From an uncultured Gammaproteobacteria bacterium (GTDB lineage Bacteria > Patescibacteriota > Microgenomatia > 2-02-FULL-39-11), in the NCBI GenBank assembly GCA_964354025.1, contig CAYGXQ010000001.1, forward strand, positions 5,963 to 69,962: a stretch of 64,000 nt of DNA, in the 5' to 3' direction. Of this stretch, positions 36,926 through 46,045 are shown piece after piece. The notes beneath the pieces are model-generated. The model made no database searches and had not been told where the DNA came from. It saw only the letters and a program-made list of their open reading frames with translations. Made by a program: the position numbers and the translations under genes. Numbering within the stretch: position 1 is the stretch's first letter; every line of letters begins with the position of its first letter.

Positions 36926-37555
36926 ATGGCTGATTTTGTCATCAAAATACTCAGACAATCTTTCCTGTTCGGTAGAAATGTTGCCGGCTGTTTGAACAAT
37001 CCTTATATTACTTTTCGGAAAATAGCGCTGGAAAAGAATAATTTTTGGCCGACCGCATTTATTACCCTTTTCTCGCTAGCCTATTTTGAATTTGCCGGTA
37101 TCATCAGAGCCGGTTTAGGCAACCCCATTTTTTTGACGTCGAAATTTAACAGCTTGGTATTGACTTCCTCCATCTGCTTTATCGGCTGCATTTCGCTTTT
37201 TTATCTTTTGGGAAAGATAATGAAGAAGACCGGCAGTTTCAGGACTTTGACCGTGCTTTGGTCTTACTCCCTTTTGCCGACCTTAATTTGGTTTTTTACC
37301 ACTTCCTGTTTGTATCTTATTTTGCCGCCGCCGCGGACGATGAGCATCCTGGGTAAAATCTATAGCGTATTCTATATCGCTTTTTCCATCGCTCTTCTTT
37401 ATTGGAAAATCATCCTTTACTATTTGACCTTGAGGTTCGGCTTGAAAATGGAAATCGGGAAAATTATGCTTGTCTCGGTTGTCTTTGTTGCCTATCTTGG
37501 ATTATTTGCATTGATTACATACCGTTTGGGAGTTTTCCGGATTCCGTTTATATGA
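36926..37555 (+). CDS. Yip1-like multi-pass membrane protein
   Basis: NPYITFRKI, five TM helices, YSLLP. Confidence 0.65.
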   Translation: MADFVIKILRQSFLFGRNVAGCLNNPYITFRKIALEKNNFWPTAFITLFSLAYFEFAGIIRAGLGNPIFLTSKFNSLVLTSSICFIGCISLFYLLGKIMKKTGSFRTLTVLWSYSLLPTLIWFFTTSCLYLILPPPRTMSILGKIYSVFYIAFSIALLYWKIILYYLTLRFGLKMEIGKIMLVSVVFVAYLGLFALITYRLGVFRIPFI

Positions 37556-38706
37556 AATTACGACAATATAAAACCATTGAAGAAAGAAGAAAGTTGATCG
37601 AAGAAAAAACCAAGCTTTGTTTTGAGTCTATCAATATTTACCCTAAAGATTTAGAAGAAGCGCAGTTTCGAAACTGCGAAAATATGATCGGAGCAGTTCA
37701 GATTCCGCTTGGCATTGCCGGACCGTTACTGGTAAAAGGTCAGGAAGCCCGGGGAGAATATTTTTTGCCCCTAGCAACGACAGAAGGAGCTTTAGTGGCT
37801 TCAGTCAACCGCGGCTGTAAAGCAGTATCTTTAGCCGGCGGAGTAACTGTTTTTTCGGAAAATGCCGGGATGACCCGGGGTCCGATTTTCAAAACCAAAA
37901 ACCTTGAAGAGAGTTTTATGCTTAAAAAATGGCTGGAAGGGCATTTTGATTTGTTATCTCAAACCGCTTCTTTGACTTCGTCACATATCAAACTTCTTGA
38001 CGTTTTCATGAAAATAGTCGGCCGGAATGTTTATATCCGTTTCTCATACGATACTGATGAAGCGATGGGGATGAATATGGTGACTATTGCTACTGATAAA
38101 ATAGTGAAGTTGATAGAACAAAAGACGGGAACAGTCTGTCTTTCGCTGGCCGGCAATTTTGACACGGACAAAAAACCGTCATGGTTAAATTTTATTTTAG
38201 GCCGCGGCAGACAGGTTTGGGCAGAAGCGTTAATAAGTGAAAAAATAGTGAAGGAGGTTTTAAAAACTACTCCCCAAAAAATCCATCAGGTCGTTTTGGA
38301 TAAATGCCATTTAGGATCAATCGTCAGCGGTTCGATGGGATATAACGCCCATTTCGCCAATATTATTACCGCTCTTTTTATCGCTCTCGGTCAGGACGTT
38401 GCCCACACAGTTGAAGGAAGTCTGGGGGTGACTGCGACAGAAATAGCAAACGGAAATCTTTATATGACCGTCTATCTTCCGGATTTGCCGATCGGGACGG
38501 TGGGAGGAGGGACGGTTTTACCTTCCCAAAAAGAAGCGCTGAAGATTTTGGGAGTCGATCAAGAGAATGGAAAGAAAAACAGCCAGACTTTAGCAGAAAT
38601 TGTTGGAGGAGCCGTATTGGCAGGAGAATTATCACTGCTGGCTGCTTTGGCGCAAGGAGAATTGGCAGAAGCTCACGCGAGTTTGGCAAGAGGAAAAAAT
38701 GCATAA
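37552..38706 (+). CDS. hmgA: Class I HMG-CoA reductase
   Basis: CENMIG, PLATTEGALVASVNRG, DEAMGMNM, GTVGGGT; ATG 37552 overlaps the upstream stop. Confidence 0.96.
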   Translation: MKLRQYKTIEERRKLIEEKTKLCFESINIYPKDLEEAQFRNCENMIGAVQIPLGIAGPLLVKGQEARGEYFLPLATTEGALVASVNRGCKAVSLAGGVTVFSENAGMTRGPIFKTKNLEESFMLKKWLEGHFDLLSQTASLTSSHIKLLDVFMKIVGRNVYIRFSYDTDEAMGMNMVTIATDKIVKLIEQKTGTVCLSLAGNFDTDKKPSWLNFILGRGRQVWAEALISEKIVKEVLKTTPQKIHQVVLDKCHLGSIVSGSMGYNAHFANIITALFIALGQDVAHTVEGSLGVTATEIANGNLYMTVYLPDLPIGTVGGGTVLPSQKEALKILGVDQENGKKNSQTLAEIVGGAVLAGELSLLAALAQGELAEAHASLARGKNA

Positions 38707-39742
38707 AGTCGGAATTACCGCTTACGGTGTTTATGTGCCAAGCAATCGGATTACAACCGCCGAGATTGCTTCTGTCTGGGGAAAAAATGCCGCCGATATC
38801 ACCAGATCATTGGGTGTCACCGAAAAATCAACGGCTGACCGTGATGAAGACACGGTGACTTTGGCCTTTGAAGCCGCTTCCAACGCGCTCCTTCGGACAA
38901 AGATCCTTCCCAGTCAGATAGACGCCTGTTTGGTTGGCTCCGAAAGCCATCCGTATGCCGTCAATCCCACTTCAACCATCGTGGCCGAATTCTTGGGTGT
39001 AGAAAAAAATTACCTGGCGGCTGATTTGGAGTTTGCCTGTAAAGCGGCGACCGCCGGTATAATTGCGCTATCAGGATTATTAATTTCCGGAAAAATCAAT
39101 TACGGTTTAGTGATTGGCAGCGACACCGCCCAAGCCAAACCGCACGATGTTTTGGAATATACGGCGGCGGCTGGCGCAGCCGCCTACATTTTAAGCCGTA
39201 AAGAAGCTGATTTTTTGGCCGAGATTTTGGATTTTGCCTCTTTTTCTTCAGATACTCCGGATTTTTGGCGGAGGGACGCTGTCCGTTTTCCCAGCCACGG
39301 CGGCCGGTTTACCGGAGAGCCGGCTTATTTTTATCATGTCGAATCAAGCGCCAGAAGCCTGCTCCAAAAGACCAAATCAGAACCGGCTGATTTTGCCTAC
39401 TGTGTTTTCCATATGCCCAACGGTAAATTTCCCCGGCAAGCGGCCAAACGTCTGGGTTTTTCCGAGAAACAACTGGCGCCTTCTTTGATTATTGACCAAA
39501 TAGGCAATCCTTACAGCGCCTCCAGTCTTTTAGGACTGGCGGCGGTTTTGGATATCGCCAAGGCCGGCGAAAAAATATTTATGGTTTCATACGGTTCCGG
39601 CGCCGGTTCAGACGCTTTTATTTTCGAAACCACTAAAAATCTTGAAAAAAGGCAAAAATCAGTGCCCACGTTTTCAGGTCAAATGAAAAATAAAAAATAC
39701 ATCTCTTATACCGATTATTTAAAATCAAGTAAAAAAATATGA
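38699..39742 (+). CDS. HMG-CoA synthase, archaeal type
   Basis: GSESHPYAVNP, DLEFACKA, FTGEPAYF, FHMPNGKFP, SYGSGAG. Confidence 0.95.
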   Translation: MHKVGITAYGVYVPSNRITTAEIASVWGKNAADITRSLGVTEKSTADRDEDTVTLAFEAASNALLRTKILPSQIDACLVGSESHPYAVNPTSTIVAEFLGVEKNYLAADLEFACKAATAGIIALSGLLISGKINYGLVIGSDTAQAKPHDVLEYTAAAGAAAYILSRKEADFLAEILDFASFSSDTPDFWRRDAVRFPSHGGRFTGEPAYFYHVESSARSLLQKTKSEPADFAYCVFHMPNGKFPRQAAKRLGFSEKQLAPSLIIDQIGNPYSASSLLGLAAVLDIAKAGEKIFMVSYGSGAGSDAFIFETTKNLEKRQKSVPTFSGQMKNKKYISYTDYLKSSKKI

Positions 39743-40887
39743 AAATCAATATTGCCGGCGCGGCCACTACCAAATTCGGTGAGCTCTGGCGGACTTCTCC
39801 TCGAGACTTGATCAAAGAAGCGGCCAGTAATGCTTTGGATCAGGCAAAAATAAAACCCTCGGCCGTTAAAGCGGTTTTCGTCGGCAACATGCTTTCCAGT
39901 GCTTTGGGTAATCAGGACCATTTGGGCGCTTTTTTTGCCGAGGAATTGGGGATGCCGGTAGCCGCCATGAAAATAGAAGGCGCTTGCGCCTCAGGCGGTT
40001 TGGCAGTTCATAGCGGTGTGATGGCCATTGAGTCAGGCCTTTACGGGACGGTTTTGGTTTTGGGAGTGGAGAAAATGACCGATCATAAACCTGAAGAAGT
40101 AGCTCAAATGCTGATGGGGGCAGGGACTGATGCCGAACGGGAAGCCGGGGCTACTTTTCCCGGGCTTTACGCGATTATGGCCAGGTGCCACATGCAAAAA
40201 TACGGGACTACCGAAGAGGAGATGGCGCAAGTGGCAGTCAAGAATCATTATCATGCTTCCCTTAATTCCCACGCCCAATTTGTTTTTCCGGTCACTTTGG
40301 AAAAGGTGATGAAGAGTCCGAAAGTGGCCGATCCTCTGAAGCTTTTGGACTGTTCGCCGATTACCGATGGCGCGGCGGCGGTAGTGTTAACAACGACTAA
40401 AGACCAACGAGCAAAGACCAATGTATCCATTATCGCTTCGGTGGTGGCGACCGATACTTTAGGCCTGTCTGAAAGGGAAGATCTGACCGGTTTGAAAGCG
40501 GTGAGAGTTGCCTCCCAAAAAGCCTACCGGATGGCGGGAATTTCCCCGAAAGAAATTGAGGTGGCCGAAGTGCATGACTGTTTTACCATTGCCGAAATCA
40601 TGGCTATGGAAGATTTGGGATTTTTCGAAAAAGGAAAAGCGGCCCGAGCCATCACTTCCGGAAAGACAAAGTTGGGCGGCAGCGGGCCGATAGTCAATAC
40701 TTCCGGAGGGCTGAAAGCCTGCGGTCATCCGGTGGGAGCCACCGGCGTCAAACAGATTGTCGAGATTTACAGTCAGTTAAAAGGAATTGCCGGCCGGAAA
40801 CAGGTTGAAGGAGCAAAAATCGGTTTAACTCATAATGTCGGCGGTAGCGGAGCAACGGCAGTTGTTCATATTTTAATAAAAGGATAA
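39739..40887 (+). CDS. Acetoacetyl-CoA thiolase, archaeal type
   Basis: EGACASGG, DCSPITDGAAA, EVHDCF, GHPVGATG, HNVGG. Confidence 0.95.
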   Translation: MKINIAGAATTKFGELWRTSPRDLIKEAASNALDQAKIKPSAVKAVFVGNMLSSALGNQDHLGAFFAEELGMPVAAMKIEGACASGGLAVHSGVMAIESGLYGTVLVLGVEKMTDHKPEEVAQMLMGAGTDAEREAGATFPGLYAIMARCHMQKYGTTEEEMAQVAVKNHYHASLNSHAQFVFPVTLEKVMKSPKVADPLKLLDCSPITDGAAAVVLTTTKDQRAKTNVSIIASVVATDTLGLSEREDLTGLKAVRVASQKAYRMAGISPKEIEVAEVHDCFTIAEIMAMEDLGFFEKGKAARAITSGKTKLGGSGPIVNTSGGLKACGHPVGATGVKQIVEIYSQLKGIAGRKQVEGAKIGLTHNVGGSGATAVVHILIKG

Positions 40888-40901
40888 GTATATAAGTATA
40901 T

Positions 40902-41201
40902 ATGATTTCACCTGTAAAAATTTGGCGAAACCAGAAAAGGATAAGACAACTTTTGGGTTTGGAGGGGAAAATCGTTTCCTTTACCAAAATATTCGTGCCG
41001 CCGGCCGGTTTCGAAGCCCAGGCTCCTTATATTGTCGCTTTGGTTAAACTGGACAACGGCCGAAATTTTACCGCCCAGATGGTCGATTGGGAAGAAAAAC
41101 AATTACAGATCGGACAAAAAGTAAAAACCATCCTTCGTAAAACCCGGGACCCGGGAGAAGAAGGGATCATTCCATACGGGATTAAATTCAGACCGATATG
41201 A
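40902..41201 (+). CDS. DUF35 OB-fold scaffold protein lacking the zinc ribbon
   Basis: G.IVSFT.I..PP.GF....PY..ALV.L, YG.KFRP; no cysteines. Confidence 0.88.
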   Translation: MISPVKIWRNQKRIRQLLGLEGKIVSFTKIFVPPAGFEAQAPYIVALVKLDNGRNFTAQMVDWEEKQLQIGQKVKTILRKTRDPGEEGIIPYGIKFRPI

Positions 41202-42151
41202 CTCTTACAGTTTCCGCTCCGGGTAAAATCCATCTTTTAGGTGAACACGCGGTCGTTTACGGGAGACCGGCGTTTTTAGCGGCGATTGATAAAAGACTTT
41301 ACGTAAGTATTAAGTATCAGGTATCAGGTATCAGGTATAAAAATAACTCGCTAATTAATTCATCTGAAAAAAAAGATTTGATCCATAGCGCGATTGAAGT
41401 TTTTAAAAAATATTATCAACTAGATAAATTACCTCCAATAGAAATTACCGTAGATTCCCAGATTCCCGTCGGTAGCGGGCTTGGTTCATCGGCCGCGCTT
41501 TCAGCCGCCTTGATCGGCGCACTGATGAAACTTATCAAAAATCTCTGGAATCCGGTAAAAATAAACGAGTTGGTTTACGAAGTGGAAAAAATAGCCCACG
41601 GTCATCCTTCAGGCGCGGATAACACAGCGGTTGTTTTCGGCGGCTTGGTCTGGTACCGGCGTGAATTTGATTTTTTAAAATCCATTTGGAGCTTGCCGGT
41701 TACCGCTTATAAAATCCCTAAATTTCTTTTGATAGATTCGGGCAGACCGATTGAAACAACTAAAAAGATGGTAGAGGCGGTTGCTTCTCAATATCATAAA
41801 AATCCAAAAAAGATGGAAGTAGTTTTTGCCGATCAGGAGAAACAGACAAAAAAACTGCTTTTGGCTTTAAAAAGCGGCGACCGTCAAATTTTGATTAGAA
41901 CGATGAAAAAAGGACAGAGGAATCTGGATAAAATATCTGTTGTTGGTTCATACGCAAGAAAAATTATCAAAGAGATTGAAAAGGCGGGAGGAGCGGCAAA
42001 AGTTACCGGCGCCGGGGGAAAGAAAAAAGGAAGCGGAATGATTCTTGCTTATCATCATGATCCAAGCGTCATCCAGCAAATTGCGGCAATGTTTAAAGTG
42101 TCAGTTTTATCGGTTGATTTAGGAGGAGAAGGAGTGCGGATTGAGTATTAG
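41198..42151 (+). CDS. mvk: Mevalonate kinase (GHMP)
   Basis: APGKIHLLGEHAVVYG, PVGSGLGSSAA, HG.PSGAD, KVTGAGG. Confidence 0.88.
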   Translation: MTLTVSAPGKIHLLGEHAVVYGRPAFLAAIDKRLYVSIKYQVSGIRYKNNSLINSSEKKDLIHSAIEVFKKYYQLDKLPPIEITVDSQIPVGSGLGSSAALSAALIGALMKLIKNLWNPVKINELVYEVEKIAHGHPSGADNTAVVFGGLVWYRREFDFLKSIWSLPVTAYKIPKFLLIDSGRPIETTKKMVEAVASQYHKNPKKMEVVFADQEKQTKKLLLALKSGDRQILIRTMKKGQRNLDKISVVGSYARKIIKEIEKAGGAAKVTGAGGKKKGSGMILAYHHDPSVIQQIAAMFKVSVLSVDLGGEGVRIEY

Positions 42152-42235
42152 GTATTAGGTATCAAGTATTAAGTATAAAAATACTTTTTTAATAAATACA
42201 TAATACCTAATACTTAATACCTGATACTTTATACT
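42142..42235. repeat. Inverted heptamer arrays (yargtat)n / (atacytr)n
   Basis: Five units at 42142-42176 and about six reverse-complement units at 42196-42235. Confidence 0.85.
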
Positions 42236-42238
42236 ATT

Positions 42239-43150
42239 ATGTCAATTACAGTAACAGCGCCGGGGAAACTGATGCTCATGGGAGACCATGCGGTGGTTTA
42301 CGGCCGGCCGTGCCTGGTGGCCACCGTTGATAAATATTTGACCGTCAAAGCCGGTTTATCAGATAGTCAAGACGATGTTTTGGCAACGCCCACGGCAAAC
42401 AATCAGACTTTTTTGACCCAGGCGATAAAATTATTCCGGGAACATTACCGGCTGGACAAACCGGTGACGCTCGAGACGGAAAGCGAGTTGGGAAATTACG
42501 GTTTAGGTTCGTCATCGGCGGTGACGGTGGCAACAATCAAAGCCTTAAGCGAGTTATTCCAGCAAAAAATTACGGATAGAGAATTATTTGATCTGTCGTT
42601 TAAAACTGTTTTGTCGGTTCAGGGTTTGGGATCGGGTTTTGACGTGGCCAGCGTCATATATGGCGGCATTATTTATTTTGTTTCCAAAGGTGAAACGATC
42701 GAACGGTTACCGATGACGGATTTAAATTTGGTTGTTGGTTACTCCGGAGTGAAAGCCGATACGGTCAAAATGGTAAAATCGGTGGAAGGAAAAAAGAAAC
42801 AGTACTCGGAAGGGGTAGAGAAAATTTTTAACAGCATTGCCGACTTGGTGGAAAAGGGAAAAAATGCCATCTTTGAAAAAGACTGGCCGACTCTGGGGAA
42901 ATATCTGAATTACCATCAGGACTATCTGGAGGATTTGGGCGTTTCGACGCCAAAACTGGCCGGGATGATTGCGGCGGCCAGGGAAGCCGGCGCCTACGGA
43001 GCCAAGTTGTCCGGAGCCGGCGGAGGAGATTGCATGTTCGCATTAGTTGACCAAACTTCAAAAGAAAAAGTGACCAAAGCAATCGAAAAAGCGGGTGGAG
43101 AAATTGTCGAAATGATTGTTGGAACAGCGAAAGGCGTGAGTCAGGTATGA
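42239..43150 (+). CDS. Second GHMP kinase, probable phosphomevalonate kinase
   Basis: APGKLMLMGDHAVVYG, YGLGSSSA, SGFDVA, AKLSGAGGGDC; sits before the decarboxylase. Confidence 0.75.
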   Translation: MSITVTAPGKLMLMGDHAVVYGRPCLVATVDKYLTVKAGLSDSQDDVLATPTANNQTFLTQAIKLFREHYRLDKPVTLETESELGNYGLGSSSAVTVATIKALSELFQQKITDRELFDLSFKTVLSVQGLGSGFDVASVIYGGIIYFVSKGETIERLPMTDLNLVVGYSGVKADTVKMVKSVEGKKKQYSEGVEKIFNSIADLVEKGKNAIFEKDWPTLGKYLNYHQDYLEDLGVSTPKLAGMIAAAREAGAYGAKLSGAGGGDCMFALVDQTSKEKVTKAIEKAGGEIVEMIVGTAKGVSQV

Positions 43151-44127
43151 AAGCAACCGCTATCGCACCATCAAATATCGCCTTTATCAAATACTGGGGA
43201 AAGACGGATGAAATCTTGCGTCTGCCGGCAAACAGTAGTATTTCCATGAATTTAAGCGAGTTGCAGACAACTACTACCGTGGAATTTAATAATGATTTAA
43301 ATGAAGACACAGTGCTTATTGACGGGAAAAAAGTTACAGAGCTGAAAAAAAAGCGGGTAACAGAGCATCTGGACCGGATCAGAAAAATGGCCGGAATAAA
43401 TTCGAAAGGGAAAGTAGTCAGTCAAAATAATTTTCCCATGGGAGGAGGATTATCTTCCTCCGCTTCCGCTTTTGCGGCCTTGACCCTGGCGGGAGTGATT
43501 GCCGCCGGTTTGGATTTGACGGAAAAAGAATTGTCAATTTTAGCCAGGCAGGCTTCCGGTTCGGCTTGCCGGTCAATCCCCGACGGTTTTGTGGAATGGT
43601 TGGAAGGTAAAACCAATGAGGATTCCTACGCTGTTTCCCTGTTTCCCCACGACTTTTGGGAGATCTGCGATATTGTCGTTGTTGTTAACACTGCCGAAAA
43701 GGCGGTAACTACTACAGAGGCGCAACAATCGGCCTTTTCCAGCCCGTTTTTCAGGGAAAGATTGAGTAAAATCGACGATAAAATTTCCCTGCTTAAAAAA
43801 TATCTTGGAGAAAAAGATTTCCCTAAATTTGGAACACTCGTGGAAAATGAAGCTTTGGAAATGCACGCTATCATCATGACCTGCCAACCGAGCTATCTTT
43901 ATTGGCTGCCGGAAACGGTCAAATTAATGTTACTCGTGAGACAGTGGCGGAAAGACGGCCTAGCGGTTTATTTTACGATTAATACCGGCCATGATCTGCA
44001 CCTGCTTTGTCAGAAAAATGACGTAGACAGAATAACTCAATTGTTAAAAGTGATCCCGGAGGTAAAAAATATAATAATTAATCAACCGGCAGTCGGGGCA
44101 AAAACAATCGATAAACATTTATTTTAA
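43147..44127 (+). CDS. mvaD: Diphosphomevalonate decarboxylase
   Basis: NIAFIKYWGK, LSSSASAFAAL, SGSACRS. Confidence 0.93.
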   Translation: MKATAIAPSNIAFIKYWGKTDEILRLPANSSISMNLSELQTTTTVEFNNDLNEDTVLIDGKKVTELKKKRVTEHLDRIRKMAGINSKGKVVSQNNFPMGGGLSSSASAFAALTLAGVIAAGLDLTEKELSILARQASGSACRSIPDGFVEWLEGKTNEDSYAVSLFPHDFWEICDIVVVVNTAEKAVTTTEAQQSAFSSPFFRERLSKIDDKISLLKKYLGEKDFPKFGTLVENEALEMHAIIMTCQPSYLYWLPETVKLMLLVRQWRKDGLAVYFTINTGHDLHLLCQKNDVDRITQLLKVIPEVKNIIINQPAVGAKTIDKHLF

Positions 44128-44133
44128 GTGCTT

Positions 44134-45165
44134 ATGCATTTTAAAGATTATTTAGAAGATTCAAAAAAAGAAATTGAAAAAGAGATGTCCATAGTTTTTA
44201 ACGGATGGGAAAAAGAGATTGCCGGGACTAAGCCGAAACTATTGCCGCTATTTCAGGCTTTGGTGGGAAGTATGACCGGCGGGAAGAAATTACGCGGAAC
44301 GCTGGTTAAATTGGGATATTCTCTCATTAATCCCAATCCTCCGCCGGAAATTATTAAGGCGTCTTTAGCTTACGAAATTTTCCAAACTTCCATCCTCATC
44401 CATGATGATATTATTGACAGAAGTGAACTTCGGCGCGGGAAAAAGTCCCTTTACACATTATTAGGTGCTGATCATTATGGCATCTCCCAGGCGATTTGTT
44501 TGGGTGATCTTGGTTTTTTTCTCTCCCTAAAACTTTTTAATTCATTGGATTTTCCTAAAACCAATAAAGAGATGGCTACCCGGTTATTTATCCAAACAAT
44601 GCAGGATACGGTTTTGGGAGAAATGGCGGATATTCAGGAAGCCGGGAAAAAATTAATTTCCGAGAAAAAAATTATTGATATTTATCGCAGTAAAACCGCC
44701 CTCTATACCATCATCGGACCGATGCAGCTTGGCGCGGTTTTGGCTGGAGCTGATAAAAAAATTCTTACTGAGATAAGAAATTTCGGCGAAAATTTAGGAA
44801 TTGCTTTCCAAATATATGATGATATCATAGGAGTTTTTGGTCAAAAAGAAATCACCGGCAAATCGGCCTCATCTGATATTAAAGAAGGGAAAGCCACCTT
44901 ACTATTGATTGAGGCGAGAAAACAGGTCAATCAAAAACAATTAGATATTCTTGACAAATATTACGGTCAAGATAAAGTAACAGAAAATGAAGCGGAAATA
45001 ATAAGAAAAGTTTTTATTGAAACAGGCGCATTGACATGCACAGAAGAAAAAGCTAAGGAATATATGACCGAAGCCAAAGCGCAAATCTCTACAATGAAGA
45101 TAAGCAGTAATATGAGGAAAATATTATTTGAATTAGTAGACGATCTTACCAATAGAGTAAAATAA
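44134..45165 (+). CDS. trans-polyprenyl diphosphate synthase (FPP/GGPP synthase)
   Basis: GGKKLRG, HDDIID...RRG, KTA, FQIYDD. Confidence 0.93.
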   Translation: MHFKDYLEDSKKEIEKEMSIVFNGWEKEIAGTKPKLLPLFQALVGSMTGGKKLRGTLVKLGYSLINPNPPPEIIKASLAYEIFQTSILIHDDIIDRSELRRGKKSLYTLLGADHYGISQAICLGDLGFFLSLKLFNSLDFPKTNKEMATRLFIQTMQDTVLGEMADIQEAGKKLISEKKIIDIYRSKTALYTIIGPMQLGAVLAGADKKILTEIRNFGENLGIAFQIYDDIIGVFGQKEITGKSASSDIKEGKATLLLIEARKQVNQKQLDILDKYYGQDKVTENEAEIIRKVFIETGALTCTEEKAKEYMTEAKAQISTMKISSNMRKILFELVDDLTNRVK

Positions 45166-45169
45166 GCCT

Positions 45170-45913
45170 ATGATAAAGGGAAATATTCCCACACACGTCG
45201 CTTTCATCATGGACGGCAACCGCCGGTGGGCCAAAGAACGCGGTAAGCCAGTCTTTGAAGGTCACCGGGAAGGGGAAAAGCGGGTTGAACCGCTGATCGA
45301 TAAAGCGATAGAAATGGGTATTTCGCATCTTACTTTTTGGGCCTTCTCAACGGAAAATTGGTACCGTTCAAGCAAAGAAGTGCAATTCCTCTGCAATATA
45401 TTCAGGTATGTCCTTGATAAAAAATACGACGCATATCACCGGAAAAACATAAAAATAAATATCATTGGTGATCTATCCAAATTTCCGGAAGATATTCAGA
45501 AAAAGACCAAAAAGTGGATGGAGGAGATGAAAAATAACAAGAAAATCACCGTTAATTTTGCCTTAAATTACGGCGGTCGGGACGAGATTATGCGCGCCAT
45601 TAATAAATTGAATCATGAATTAAGAATTAAGAATTATGCCTGTCCGCCATCAGCTATTGCTGAAGGCAATTGCAGGCGGGAATTAGGAGTAACAAAAGAA
45701 GAATTTGAGAAATATTTGGATACGGCGGGACAGCCGGATCCGGATCTGATCATAAGAACCGGAGGCGAAAAAAGACTATCCGGTTTTCTTTTGTGGCAGT
45801 CGGAATACGCGGAATTGTATTTTACCGAATCTTTTTGGCCGGATTTTACTCCGGCGGAATTTGAGAAAGCGGTTGATGATTATTCAAACAGAAAGAGAAG
45901 ATTTGGGAAATAG
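45170..45913 (+). CDS. uppS: Undecaprenyl diphosphate synthase with repeat-derived insertion
   Basis: HVAFIMDGNRRWA, AFSTENW, NYGGRDEI, DLIIRTGGEKRLSGFLLWQ. Confidence 0.97.
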   Translation: MIKGNIPTHVAFIMDGNRRWAKERGKPVFEGHREGEKRVEPLIDKAIEMGISHLTFWAFSTENWYRSSKEVQFLCNIFRYVLDKKYDAYHRKNIKINIIGDLSKFPEDIQKKTKKWMEEMKNNKKITVNFALNYGGRDEIMRAINKLNHELRIKNYACPPSAIAEGNCRRELGVTKEEFEKYLDTAGQPDPDLIIRTGGEKRLSGFLLWQSEYAELYFTESFWPDFTPAEFEKAVDDYSNRKRRFGK

Positions 45914-45932
45914 TATCAGTATCAGTATAGAT

Positions 45933-46002
45933 TGTCATTGCGAGCAAAGCGAAGCAATCCCGGTCGAGATTGCCACGGCTACTTCGTAGCCTCGCAATGA
46001 CA
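45933..46002. repeat. REP/REPIN-like element, family B
   Basis: TGTCATTGCGAG...CTCGCAATGACA perfect terminal inverted repeat. Confidence 0.88.
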
Positions 46003-46045
46003 TAGGATTGCGTAAGTCTTGGTAGTATAATAAAGGAAATTTTTT

